Source of the DNA: Eledone cirrhosa
Lineage: Eukaryota
Direction of reading: 5' to 3'
DNA: 64,000 nt
NCBI GenBank assembly: GCA_964016885.1
Contig: OZ024750.1
Location: 1 to 64,000 of the forward strand
Shown here: piece by piece, positions 50,011 to 64,000 of the stretch
Numbering within the stretch: position 1 is the stretch's first letter
Layout of the letters: each line of letters starts with the position of its first letter
Position numbers and translations under genes: made by a program
The notes under the pieces: model-generated
The model's input: the letters and a program-made list of their open reading frames with translations, nothing else
Told to the model about the DNA's origin: nothing
Databases searched by the model: none

Positions 50011-50723
50011 GCATATTTTGATTATAATAAAACAAATAATAATAGTAATAATAATAATAATCGTCATTGTTCTTTTCTTCTGTGCCTTTCTTTGCCTTCT
50101 CTGTCATCTGAATAACAAAAATAAAAAGAAAAAAGAATCTTAAACATATGTTGCCTTTACAAAGTGCTGTGATCAAAGTAGCTTTTAAGCAATTTCCTAA
50201 CTAACAAACAACATCAACAAAATATATACAAATATCTTTGAATGTCAAGTCCACCAAGAGAAAATAGTCATAATGTACTTACAGATACAATGCTAGGGAC
50301 TCGCATCAATGAGTTTTAGTAGAAAATGACTGACTGGCTGTTGAGGGACAGAGGTGTGTTTTCAAATATTTATCAATTCACAACAAAGCCTCACAAAGCT
50401 ACATCATAATGCAAACTCACAACACCCTTCTTATGCAACCTCACCAAGCAACCCCACAACACAACCTCACGTTCACAATTCACAACACTCAACAAGGCAT
50501 TCGTTATCTAGGGTTTACAGTAAACATAGCGAGGTAAAACACACCCAGTACACTCTGTAAAGTGGTCATTAGGTTAAGATTAAACTGAAATCATACCTCC
50601 ATTGTCGTTGGCGTATATTTTCTCTAAAACTTAATTTCATTGCTTTCATTTCTCTTCTTTTTCTTCTATTCCATCTAAATATGAAAAAAATTATACAGGT
50701 CATTTCGTCTTATCAAGAGGTCC

Positions 50724-50757
<34 letters not shown>

Positions 50758-51009
50758 GAGATAATACCTTAAAATAATGGTAAAAAAAGTGTTTAATTAC
50801 GAAAATCCTTTGAAATAACTTCCTCGCTCTTACTGGTCATACCTGCAAAACACAAAACACTAGCGTTAGAGTGAACATTGCAGTGCAGTGCAGTGCAGTG
50901 CAGTGCAGTGCAATTTAGTATGGTGCAGTTTAGTGGCACAGTACACTGTAAAACATTTAGCCAATCTCTCAGACATTTACAAATCTTTCAAGATATATAT
51001 ATATATATA

Positions 51010-51505
51010 TGGGAGAGAGAGAAATTACCCTCAGTAGATCAGACAGAGGGACCAGCTATTGAGATTAACGAATATAGGGTCCAAGAGGCGATTAAGGAAA
51101 TGAAAAATGGTGAGGCTGCTGGACCATCGGAGATAGTTGCTGAGATGCTGAAGGCCTCAGGGGACGTAGGCACTAAACTGGTTGCACACATCATCAATCA
51201 GGCTATATATGGCAGTGTCATACCCAAAGACTAGTGCAAAAGTAAAGGGGACGCTCTTGAGAGGAGAAATTATAGGGATATAAAACTGATGGATCAGGTT
51301 ATGAAAGTGGCAGAAAGGATATTAGCACAACTAATTAGAGAAAGGGTCAAACTAGATGAGATGCAGTTTGGTTTTGTGCCTGGGAATAGTACAACAGATG
51401 CCCTCTTCTTGATGAGACAATTACAAGAGAGGTTCTTAGAGAAAAATAAGCCACTATACTTAGCCTTTGTTGACCTAGAGAAGGCCTTTGATAGGGTACG
51501 CCGAT
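51010..51505 (+). mobile_element. RTE LINE RT N-terminal remnant (repeated in each unit)
   Basis: AIKEMKNGEAAGPSEIVAEMLKA, QFGFVPGNSTTDALF..RQLQE, LAFVDLEKAFDRV; truncated before the YADD motif. Confidence 0.92.
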
Positions 51506-51703
51506 CTGTCATCTTATTATTTAACCTATAAATGGGGCCCCAACAGGTACTACTACACCAGGCCAGAGCAGACCTGGGAGTTATGACAACTAAGGGGGTA
51601 ACTCCACGTTCCCCACAGTTCCTCCTGAACTTGAGCCTTGCCACTGGATGTAGTTTAATGTCATACCCAGGACAAATATATACATACATATATATATATA
51701 CAT

Positions 51704-51748
<45 letters not shown>

Positions 51749-54404
51749 TACAAATATATATATGCGTACGAAAGTGTGGTTACATGATGCCTATGCGAGA
51801 TGTGCGACCCTGCATGGTAGTGAGACATGGACAGCAACTGCAGAGGGTATGCGATGGCTGGAGAGAAAGGAAGCAAGCACGCTCCGTTGGATGTGCAATG
51901 TCAATGTGCGGGAACGACCAAGCATAAACGAGTTGAGAGAGAAACTGTGTTTAAGAGGGATAAGTTGTGGTGTGCAAGAGAGGACTGAGATGGTATGGAC
52001 ATGTGATGCGCATGGAGGTTGAGCGCTGGGTAAAGAAGGGAGACGCAGTAGAGGAAGACCACGAAAAACATGGGTGGAGGTGGTGAGAGCCGACTTCAGA
52101 TCGCTGAAACTCACCAAGGAGATGACGAAGGACCGCGACAAGTGAAGAGATGCTTTGCTCAAGAGGACCTGTCCCACCCTTTCAAGCAGGGAAAAGCGGA
52201 CGTAAAATGATGAACAGACGATGATAATGATGCTCTCTATATATCTATCAATCTATCCAGATATCTGTGCATCAGTCTATCTATTTACCTATAAACACCC
52301 TCCTCACTCCGTCTCAGGATCACCGAGACATCACCAACAACCAACCCACGCTGTGGGAAACAGTCCTCCCCGGGGCACACCCTGGTACTTCACACCATCT
52401 GTCTGTCTCGCTGCCTAACTACCGAGAAATCCGGCTTCTGTGCTTGCCTAATTTGTAGGTTATTAGGCAGTTGGCAGGTTTGCGGAAGTTGGTTTTGCAA
52501 ATGGTTAAAACACTTGCATCACAAAATTCAAATAGCATCACTCCTTGTTTTATCTTTCTCGTCTTTACCTAGGCCTGCATAAGTTAGTGTTACGGTTAGT
52601 GTTACTGTTAGCGTTACGGCTAGTTTTAGGGTTAATTGAGAGCAAGAAACTGCTGCTAGGTAAAGACAAGAAATTCTGCATTTACAAGCAATTTTTACAA
52701 ACAGCCACAATGACAGGACGGAGACATCGTTATGCTAGCAGGGGATTTCAATGGTCATGTTGGACAGCTCTACGATGGTTACACTGAGGTACATGTTGGG
52801 CACACTTACGGCTTAAGAAATGAAGCAGTGAAACTTCTTGAATTTTGCGATGCAATTGCACTAACCATCTACAACACTAACTTACACAAATCTGCCAACC
52901 ACCTAATAACCTACAAATCAGGCAAGCACATAAGCCAGATTGACTTCTTGCTAGTTAGGCAGCGGGACAGGCAGATGGTGTCAAATACAAAGGCATACCC
53001 CGGGGAAGAATGTACCCCACAGCATAGGTTAGTCGTTAGTGATATCTCATTAAGCAAGAGACTGAACGAGACATACAGGAAGGTGTGGAAAAAAGAAAGG
53101 TCTGGAAGCTAAAAGAGCTCTCACTAAAATACAAATTTAGGAAAGCCCTTCAATATGTGTATGATGAAAAAGAAGACGATTTAGAGTCGTACAACATAGA
53201 TGATAACTGGAATTTCTTATGCGATACCTTACTGCAGGTTACTGATGAAACTTGTGGCTGGATCAGAGTTCCAACCAGACAGAGAGTGACATGGTGGTGG
53301 GACAGCACGGTAGATCGGGCCATTGGAGACTAAAGACTAGCATGGAATGCTTGCAAAATTAGTGCGAGTAGAGAAGAATATACAGCCGCTAAGAGAGAAG
53401 CTAGACGTCAGGTGTACTTAGCATGCAAGGAGGCTGCTCGACGACGTGCGCTGTTCCGTACTGCGAGGCAGTGTGTCAGTGCAAATCGGGATTAAGTCTG
53501 TCCGCAATGATGCCGCTGTACTTTGTGTCACGAATGAGTGTTGATGAGTAGAAAAGAGGACAAAACTCTATTCCGTCAGGGAAATGGCCATGTTCGATAT
53601 GCAGAAACGGAACTGGCATAAATTATATAAAACGTACACAAAAGATCGAGTGCGATAGCAGGCACGTAGTGGGATAGCAGGCAAACTAACAGCATATTTT
53701 GATTATAATAAAACAAATAATAATAGTAATAATAATAATAATCGTCATTGTTCTTTTCTTCTGTGCCTTTCTTTGCCTTCTCTGTCATCTGAATAACAAA
53801 AATAAAAAGAAAAAAGAATCTTAAACATATGTTGCCTTTACAAAGTGCTGTGATCAAAGTAGCTTTTAAGCAATTTCCTAACTAACAAACAACATCAACA
53901 AAATATATACAAATATCTTTGAATGTCAAGTCCACCAAGAGAAAATAGTCATAATGTACTTACAGATACAATGCTAGGGACTCGCATCAATGAGTTTTAG
54001 TAGAAAATGACTGACTGGCTGTTGAGGGACAGAGGTGTGTTTTCAAATATTTATCAATTCACAACAAAGCCTCACAAAGCTACATCATAATGCAAACTCA
54101 CAACACCCTTCTTATGCAACCTCACCAAGCAACCCCACAACACAACCTCACGTTCACAATTCACAACACTCAACAAGGCATTCGTTATCTAGGGTTTACA
54201 GTAAACATAGCGAGGTAAAACACACCCAGTACACTCTGTAAAGTGGTCATTAGGTTAAGATTAAACTGAAATCATACCTCCATTGTCGTTGGCGTATATT
54301 TTCTCTAAAACTTAATTTCATTGCTTTCATTTCTCTTCTTTTTCTTCTATTCCATCTAAATATGAAAAAAATTATACAGGTCATTTCGTCTTATCAAGAG
54401 GTCC

Positions 54405-54438
<34 letters not shown>

Positions 54439-55384
54439 GAGATAATACCTTAAAATAATGGTAAAAAAAGTGTTTAATTACGAAAATCCTTTGAAATAAC
54501 TTCCTCGCTCTTACTGGTCATACCTGCAAAACACAAAACACTAGCGTTAGAGTGAACATTGCAGTGCAGTGCAGTGCAGTGCAGTGCAGTGCAATTTAGT
54601 ATGGTGCAGTTTAGTGGCACAGTACACTGTAAAACATTTAGCCAATCTCTCAGACATTTACAAATCTTTCAAGATATATATATATATATATGGGAGAGAG
54701 AGAAATTACCCTCAGTAGATCAGACAGAGGGACCAGCTATTGAGATTAACGAATATAGGGTCCAAGAGGCGATTAAGGAAATGAAAAATGGTGAGGCTGC
54801 TGGACCATCGGAGATAGTTGCTGAGATGCTGAAGGCCTCAGGGGACGTAGGCACTAAACTGGTTGCACACATCATCAATCAGGCTATATATGGCAGTGTC
54901 ATACCCAAAGACTAGTGCAAAAGTAAAGGGGACGCTCTTGAGAGGAGAAATTATAGGGATATAAAACTGATGGATCAGGTTATGAAAGTGGCAGAAAGGA
55001 TATTAGCACAACTAATTAGAGAAAGGGTCAAACTAGATGAGATGCAGTTTGGTTTTGTGCCTGGGAATAGTACAACAGATGCCCTCTTCTTGATGAGACA
55101 ATTACAAGAGAGGTTCTTAGAGAAAAATAAGCCACTATACTTAGCCTTTGTTGACCTAGAGAAGGCCTTTGATAGGGTACGCCGATCTGTCATCTTATTA
55201 TTTAACCTATAAATGGGGCCCCAACAGGTACTACTACACCAGGCCAGAGCAGACCTGGGAGTTATGACAACTAAGGGGGTAACTCCACGTTCCCCACAGT
55301 TCCTCCTGAACTTGAGCCTTGCCACTGGATGTAGTTTAATGTCATACCCAGGACAAATATATACATACATATATATATATACAT

Positions 55385-55429
<45 letters not shown>

Positions 55430-58085
55430 TACAAATATATATATGCGTACGAAAGTGTGGTTACATGATGCCTATGCGAGATGTGCGACCCTGCATGGTA
55501 GTGAGACATGGACAGCAACTGCAGAGGGTATGCGATGGCTGGAGAGAAAGGAAGCAAGCACGCTCCGTTGGATGTGCAATGTCAATGTGCGGGAACGACC
55601 AAGCATAAACGAGTTGAGAGAGAAACTGTGTTTAAGAGGGATAAGTTGTGGTGTGCAAGAGAGGACTGAGATGGTATGGACATGTGATGCGCATGGAGGT
55701 TGAGCGCTGGGTAAAGAAGGGAGACGCAGTAGAGGAAGACCACGAAAAACATGGGTGGAGGTGGTGAGAGCCGACTTCAGATCGCTGAAACTCACCAAGG
55801 AGATGACGAAGGACCGCGACAAGTGAAGAGATGCTTTGCTCAAGAGGACCTGTCCCACCCTTTCAAGCAGGGAAAAGCGGACGTAAAATGATGAACAGAC
55901 GATGATAATGATGCTCTCTATATATCTATCAATCTATCCAGATATCTGTGCATCAGTCTATCTATTTACCTATAAACACCCTCCTCACTCCGTCTCAGGA
56001 TCACCGAGACATCACCAACAACCAACCCACGCTGTGGGAAACAGTCCTCCCCGGGGCACACCCTGGTACTTCACACCATCTGTCTGTCTCGCTGCCTAAC
56101 TACCGAGAAATCCGGCTTCTGTGCTTGCCTAATTTGTAGGTTATTAGGCAGTTGGCAGGTTTGCGGAAGTTGGTTTTGCAAATGGTTAAAACACTTGCAT
56201 CACAAAATTCAAATAGCATCACTCCTTGTTTTATCTTTCTCGTCTTTACCTAGGCCTGCATAAGTTAGTGTTACGGTTAGTGTTACTGTTAGCGTTACGG
56301 CTAGTTTTAGGGTTAATTGAGAGCAAGAAACTGCTGCTAGGTAAAGACAAGAAATTCTGCATTTACAAGCAATTTTTACAAACAGCCACAATGACAGGAC
56401 GGAGACATCGTTATGCTAGCAGGGGATTTCAATGGTCATGTTGGACAGCTCTACGATGGTTACACTGAGGTACATGTTGGGCACACTTACGGCTTAAGAA
56501 ATGAAGCAGTGAAACTTCTTGAATTTTGCGATGCAATTGCACTAACCATCTACAACACTAACTTACACAAATCTGCCAACCACCTAATAACCTACAAATC
56601 AGGCAAGCACATAAGCCAGATTGACTTCTTGCTAGTTAGGCAGCGGGACAGGCAGATGGTGTCAAATACAAAGGCATACCCCGGGGAAGAATGTACCCCA
56701 CAGCATAGGTTAGTCGTTAGTGATATCTCATTAAGCAAGAGACTGAACGAGACATACAGGAAGGTGTGGAAAAAAGAAAGGTCTGGAAGCTAAAAGAGCT
56801 CTCACTAAAATACAAATTTAGGAAAGCCCTTCAATATGTGTATGATGAAAAAGAAGACGATTTAGAGTCGTACAACATAGATGATAACTGGAATTTCTTA
56901 TGCGATACCTTACTGCAGGTTACTGATGAAACTTGTGGCTGGATCAGAGTTCCAACCAGACAGAGAGTGACATGGTGGTGGGACAGCACGGTAGATCGGG
57001 CCATTGGAGACTAAAGACTAGCATGGAATGCTTGCAAAATTAGTGCGAGTAGAGAAGAATATACAGCCGCTAAGAGAGAAGCTAGACGTCAGGTGTACTT
57101 AGCATGCAAGGAGGCTGCTCGACGACGTGCGCTGTTCCGTACTGCGAGGCAGTGTGTCAGTGCAAATCGGGATTAAGTCTGTCCGCAATGATGCCGCTGT
57201 ACTTTGTGTCACGAATGAGTGTTGATGAGTAGAAAAGAGGACAAAACTCTATTCCGTCAGGGAAATGGCCATGTTCGATATGCAGAAACGGAACTGGCAT
57301 AAATTATATAAAACGTACACAAAAGATCGAGTGCGATAGCAGGCACGTAGTGGGATAGCAGGCAAACTAACAGCATATTTTGATTATAATAAAACAAATA
57401 ATAATAGTAATAATAATAATAATCGTCATTGTTCTTTTCTTCTGTGCCTTTCTTTGCCTTCTCTGTCATCTGAATAACAAAAATAAAAAGAAAAAAGAAT
57501 CTTAAACATATGTTGCCTTTACAAAGTGCTGTGATCAAAGTAGCTTTTAAGCAATTTCCTAACTAACAAACAACATCAACAAAATATATACAAATATCTT
57601 TGAATGTCAAGTCCACCAAGAGAAAATAGTCATAATGTACTTACAGATACAATGCTAGGGACTCGCATCAATGAGTTTTAGTAGAAAATGACTGACTGGC
57701 TGTTGAGGGACAGAGGTGTGTTTTCAAATATTTATCAATTCACAACAAAGCCTCACAAAGCTACATCATAATGCAAACTCACAACACCCTTCTTATGCAA
57801 CCTCACCAAGCAACCCCACAACACAACCTCACGTTCACAATTCACAACACTCAACAAGGCATTCGTTATCTAGGGTTTACAGTAAACATAGCGAGGTAAA
57901 ACACACCCAGTACACTCTGTAAAGTGGTCATTAGGTTAAGATTAAACTGAAATCATACCTCCATTGTCGTTGGCGTATATTTTCTCTAAAACTTAATTTC
58001 ATTGCTTTCATTTCTCTTCTTTTTCTTCTATTCCATCTAAATATGAAAAAAATTATACAGGTCATTTCGTCTTATCAAGAGGTCC

Positions 58086-58120
<35 letters not shown>

Positions 58121-59066
58121 GAGATAATACCTTGAAATAATGGTAAAAAAAGTGTTTAATTACGAAAATCCTTTGAAATAACTTCCTCGCTCTTACTGGT
58201 CATACCTGCAAAACACAAAACACTAGCGTTAGAGTGAACATTGCAGTGCAGTGCAGTGCAGTGCAGTGCAGTGCAATTTAGTATGGTGCAGTTTAGTGGC
58301 ACAGTACACTGTAAAACATTTAGCCAATCTCTCAGACATTTACAAATCTTTCAAGATATATATATATATATATGGGAGAGAGAGAAATTACCCTCAGTAG
58401 ATCAGACAGAGGGACCAGCTATTGAGATTAACGAATATAGGGTCCAAGAGGCGATTAAGGAAATGAAAAATGGTGAGGCTGCTGGACCATCGGAGATAGT
58501 TGCTGAGATGCTGAAGGCCTCAGGGGACGTAGGCACTAAACTGGTTGCACACATCATCAATCAGGCTATATATGGCAGTGTCATACCCAAAGACTAGTGC
58601 AAAAGTAAAGGGGACGCTCTTGAGAGGAGAAATTATAGGGATATAAAACTGATGGATCAGGTTATGAAAGTGGCAGAAAGGATATTAGCACAACTAATTA
58701 GAGAAAGGGTCAAACTAGATGAGATGCAGTTTGGTTTTGTGCCTGGGAATAGTACAACAGATGCCCTCTTCTTGATGAGACAATTACAAGAGAGGTTCTT
58801 AGAGAAAAATAAGCCACTATACTTAGCCTTTGTTGACCTAGAGAAGGCCTTTGATAGGGTACGCCGATCTGTCATCTTATTATTTAACCTATAAATGGGG
58901 CCCCAACAGGTACTACTACACCAGGCCAGAGCAGACCTGGGAGTTATGACAACTAAGGGGGTAACTCCACGTTCCCCACAGTTCCTCCTGAACTTGAGCC
59001 TTGCCACTGGATGTAGTTTAATGTCATACCCAGGACAAATATATACATACATATATATATATACAT

Positions 59067-59113
<47 letters not shown>

Positions 59114-61769
59114 TACAAATATATATATGCGTACGAAAGTGTGGTTACATGATGCCTATGCGAGATGTGCGACCCTGCATGGTAGTGAGACATGGACAGC
59201 AACTGCAGAGGGTATGCGATGGCTGGAGAGAAAGGAAGCAAGCACGCTCCGTTGGATGTGCAATGTCAATGTGCGGGAACGACCAAGCATAAACGAGTTG
59301 AGAGAGAAACTGTGTTTAAGAGGGATAAGTTGTGGTGTGCAAGAGAGGACTGAGATGGTATGGACATGTGATGCGCATGGAGGTTGAGCGCTGGGTAAAG
59401 AAGGGAGACGCAGTAGAGGAAGACCACGAAAAACATGGGTGGAGGTGGTGAGAGCCGACTTCAGATCGCTGAAACTCACCAAGGAGATGACGAAGGACCG
59501 CGACAAGTGAAGAGATGCTTTGCTCAAGAGGACCTGTCCCACCCTTTCAAGCAGGGAAAAGCGGACGTAAAATGATGAACAGACGATGATAATGATGCTC
59601 TCTATATATCTATCAATCTATCCAGATATCTGTGCATCAGTCTATCTATTTACCTATAAACACCCTCCTCACTCCGTCTCAGGATCACCGAGACATCACC
59701 AACAACCAACCCACGCTGTGGGAAACAGTCCTCCCCGGGGCACACCCTGGTACTTCACACCATCTGTCTGTCTCGCTGCCTAACTACCGAGAAATCCGGC
59801 TTCTGTGCTTGCCTAATTTGTAGGTTATTAGGCAGTTGGCAGGTTTGCGGAAGTTGGTTTTGCAAATGGTTAAAACACTTGCATCACAAAATTCAAATAG
59901 CATCACTCCTTGTTTTATCTTTCTCGTCTTTACCTAGGCCTGCATAAGTTAGTGTTACGGTTAGTGTTACTGTTAGCGTTACGGCTAGTTTTAGGGTTAA
60001 TTGAGAGCAAGAAACTGCTGCTAGGTAAAGACAAGAAATTCTGCATTTACAAGCAATTTTTACAAACAGCCACAATGACAGGACGGAGACATCGTTATGC
60101 TAGCAGGGGATTTCAATGGTCATGTTGGACAGCTCTACGATGGTTACACTGAGGTACATGTTGGGCACACTTACGGCTTAAGAAATGAAGCAGTGAAACT
60201 TCTTGAATTTTGCGATGCAATTGCACTAACCATCTACAACACTAACTTACACAAATCTGCCAACCACCTAATAACCTACAAATCAGGCAAGCACATAAGC
60301 CAGATTGACTTCTTGCTAGTTAGGCAGCGGGACAGGCAGATGGTGTCAAATACAAAGGCATACCCCGGGGAAGAATGTACCCCACAGCATAGGTTAGTCG
60401 TTAGTGATATCTCATTAAGCAAGAGACTGAACGAGACATACAGGAAGGTGTGGAAAAAAGAAAGGTCTGGAAGCTAAAAGAGCTCTCACTAAAATACAAA
60501 TTTAGGAAAGCCCTTCAATATGTGTATGATGAAAAAGAAGACGATTTAGAGTCGTACAACATAGATGATAACTGGAATTTCTTATGCGATACCTTACTGC
60601 AGGTTACTGATGAAACTTGTGGCTGGATCAGAGTTCCAACCAGACAGAGAGTGACATGGTGGTGGGACAGCACGGTAGATCGGGCCATTGGAGACTAAAG
60701 ACTAGCATGGAATGCTTGCAAAATTAGTGCGAGTAGAGAAGAATATACAGCCGCTAAGAGAGAAGCTAGACGTCAGGTGTACTTAGCATGCAAGGAGGCT
60801 GCTCGACGACGTGCGCTGTTCCGTACTGCGAGGCAGTGTGTCAGTGCAAATCGGGATTAAGTCTGTCCGCAATGATGCCGCTGTACTTTGTGTCACGAAT
60901 GAGTGTTGATGAGTAGAAAAGAGGACAAAACTCTATTCCGTCAGGGAAATGGCCATGTTCGATATGCAGAAACGGAACTGGCATAAATTATATAAAACGT
61001 ACACAAAAGATCGAGTGCGATAGCAGGCACGTAGTGGGATAGCAGGCAAACTAACAGCATATTTTGATTATAATAAAACAAATAATAATAGTAATAATAA
61101 TAATAATCGTCATTGTTCTTTTCTTCTGTGCCTTTCTTTGCCTTCTCTGTCATCTGAATAACAAAAATAAAAAGAAAAAAGAATCTTAAACATATGTTGC
61201 CTTTACAAAGTGCTGTGATCAAAGTAGCTTTTAAGCAATTTCCTAACTAACAAACAACATCAACAAAATATATACAAATATCTTTGAATGTCAAGTCCAC
61301 CAAGAGAAAATAGTCATAATGTACTTACAGATACAATGCTAGGGACTCGCATCAATGAGTTTTAGTAGAAAATGACTGACTGGCTGTTGAGGGACAGAGG
61401 TGTGTTTTCAAATATTTATCAATTCACAACAAAGCCTCACAAAGCTACATCATAATGCAAACTCACAACACCCTTCTTATGCAACCTCACCAAGCAACCC
61501 CACAACACAACCTCACGTTCACAATTCACAACACTCAACAAGGCATTCGTTATCTAGGGTTTACAGTAAACATAGCGAGGTAAAACACACCCAGTACACT
61601 CTGTAAAGTGGTCATTAGGTTAAGATTAAACTGAAATCATACCTCCATTGTCGTTGGCGTATATTTTCTCTAAAACTTAATTTCATTGCTTTCATTTCTC
61701 TTCTTTTTCTTCTATTCCATCTAAATATGAAAAAAATTATACAGGTCATTTCGTCTTATCAAGAGGTCC

Positions 61770-61803
<34 letters not shown>

Positions 61804-62749
61804 GAGATAATACCTTAAAATAATGGTAAAAAAAGTGTTTAATTACGAAAATCCTTTGAAATAACTTCCTCGCTCTTACTGGTCATACCTGCAAAACACA
61901 AAACACTAGCGTTAGAGTGAACATTGCAGTGCAGTGCAGTGCAGTGCAGTGCAGTGCAATTTAGTATGGTGCAGTTTAGTGGCACAGTACACTGTAAAAC
62001 ATTTAGCCAATCTCTCAGACATTTACAAATCTTTCAAGATATATATATATATATATGGGAGAGAGAGAAATTACCCTCAGTAGATCAGACAGAGGGACCA
62101 GCTATTGAGATTAACGAATATAGGGTCCAAGAGGCGATTAAGGAAATGAAAAATGGTGAGGCTGCTGGACCATCGGAGATAGTTGCTGAGATGCTGAAGG
62201 CCTCAGGGGACGTAGGCACTAAACTGGTTGCACACATCATCAATCAGGCTATATATGGCAGTGTCATACCCAAAGACTAGTGCAAAAGTAAAGGGGACGC
62301 TCTTGAGAGGAGAAATTATAGGGATATAAAACTGATGGATCAGGTTATGAAAGTGGCAGAAAGGATATTAGCACAACTAATTAGAGAAAGGGTCAAACTA
62401 GATGAGATGCAGTTTGGTTTTGTGCCTGGGAATAGTACAACAGATGCCCTCTTCTTGATGAGACAATTACAAGAGAGGTTCTTAGAGAAAAATAAGCCAC
62501 TATACTTAGCCTTTGTTGACCTAGAGAAGGCCTTTGATAGGGTACGCCGATCTGTCATCTTATTATTTAACCTATAAATGGGGCCCCAACAGGTACTACT
62601 ACACCAGGCCAGAGCAGACCTGGGAGTTATGACAACTAAGGGGGTAACTCCACGTTCCCCACAGTTCCTCCTGAACTTGAGCCTTGCCACTGGATGTAGT
62701 TTAATGTCATACCCAGGACAAATATATACATACATATATATATATACAT

Positions 62750-62796
<47 letters not shown>

Positions 62797-64000
62797 TACA
62801 AATATATATATGCGTACGAAAGTGTGGTTACATGATGCCTATGCGAGATGTGCGACCCTGCATGGTAGTGAGACATGGACAGCAACTGCAGAGGGTATGC
62901 GATGGCTGGAGAGAAAGGAAGCAAGCACGCTCCGTTGGATGTGCAATGTCAATGTGCGGGAACGACCAAGCATAAACGAGTTGAGAGAGAAACTGTGTTT
63001 AAGAGGGATAAGTTGTGGTGTGCAAGAGAGGACTGAGATGGTATGGACATGTGATGCGCATGGAGGTTGAGCGCTGGGTAAAGAAGGGAGACGCAGTAGA
63101 GGAAGACCACGAAAAACATGGGTGGAGGTGGTGAGAGCCGACTTCAGATCGCTGAAACTCACCAAGGAGATGACGAAGGACCGCGACAAGTGAAGAGATG
63201 CTTTGCTCAAGAGGACCTGTCCCACCCTTTCAAGCAGGGAAAAGCGGACGTAAAATGATGAACAGACGATGATAATGATGCTCTCTATATATCTATCAAT
63301 CTATCCAGATATCTGTGCATCAGTCTATCTATTTACCTATAAACACCCTCCTCACTCCGTCTCAGGATCACCGAGACATCACCAACAACCAACCCACGCT
63401 GTGGGAAACAGTCCTCCCCGGGGCACACCCTGGTACTTCACACCATCTGTCTGTCTCGCTGCCTAACTACCGAGAAATCCGGCTTCTGTGCTTGCCTAAT
63501 TTGTAGGTTATTAGGCAGTTGGCAGGTTTGCGGAAGTTGGTTTTGCAAATGGTTAAAACACTTGCATCACAAAATTCAAATAGCATCACTCCTTGTTTTA
63601 TCTTTCTCGTCTTTACCTAGGCCTGCATAAGTTAGTGTTACGGTTAGTGTTACTGTTAGCGTTACGGCTAGTTTTAGGGTTAATTGAGAGCAAGAAACTG
63701 CTGCTAGGTAAAGACAAGAAATTCTGCATTTACAAGCAATTTTTACAAACAGCCACAATGACAGGACGGAGACATCGTTATGCTAGCAGGGGATTTCAAT
63801 GGTCATGTTGGACAGCTCTACGATGGTTACACTGAGGTACATGTTGGGCACACTTACGGCTTAAGAAATGAAGCAGTGAAACTTCTTGAATTTTGCGATG
63901 CAATTGCACTAACCATCTACAACACTAACTTACACAAATCTGCCAACCACCTAATAACCTACAAATCAGGCAAGCACATAAGCCAGATTGACTTCTTGCT

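Larger units (their letters stand above)
48116..64000 (+). repeat. Subtelomeric macrosatellite, 3681-3684 bp unit, at least 4.3 near-identical copies, runs off the window
   Basis: Identical ORF sets recur at 48540, 52221, 55902, 59586 and 63269. Differences seen: poly-A and (TA)n lengths, and one substitution at 58134. Confidence 0.98.

Noticed and set aside
18980-52220. Apparent + strand bias of LINE fragments
   Set aside because: Inflated by duplications. Independent minus-strand LINEs exist (35985, 47480) and the count is too small.
48116-64000. Active HeT-A/TART-like telomere-maintaining retrotransposon array
   Set aside because: Units are frameshifted mosaics without the catalytic RT core, include SINE and microsatellite insertions, lie 33 kb from a normal telomerase-type array, and look amplified at the DNA level.

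Overview
This is the left end of a metazoan chromosome. The SINE, RTE and Helitron repertoire and dense (TA)n/(CA)n microsatellites suggest an octopod cephalopod (inference). Layout: ~14.7 kb (CCCTAA)n telomere; 18 pure CCCCAA variant repeats; a 1.6 kb AT-rich cap built from spaced inverted dyads (AAGGGAGAYAA-N19-22-TTRTCTCCCTT), with the telomere joined inside the spacer of the outermost dyad; an old array of orphan, coding-like modules (X on minus, Y/Z on plus), partly re-duplicated as a ~5.2 kb segmental duplication containing RTE LINE debris; a 30-48 kb zone of decayed Helitrons, R4-like, Tx1/L1-like and RTE LINEs, SINEs, a Tc1/mariner-like TIR element and several hammerhead-ribozyme elements next to TA microsatellites; and a near-identical 3.68 kb macrosatellite of RTE fragments from ~48.1 kb to the window end. 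No intact host protein-coding gene is visible. The most notable observations are an ATG on the TERRA-sense strand in frame with ~717 Val-Arg repeats, the dyad cap and orphan modules abutting the telomere, and a complete type I hammerhead ribozyme in a 208-nt retrozyme-like tandem unit.
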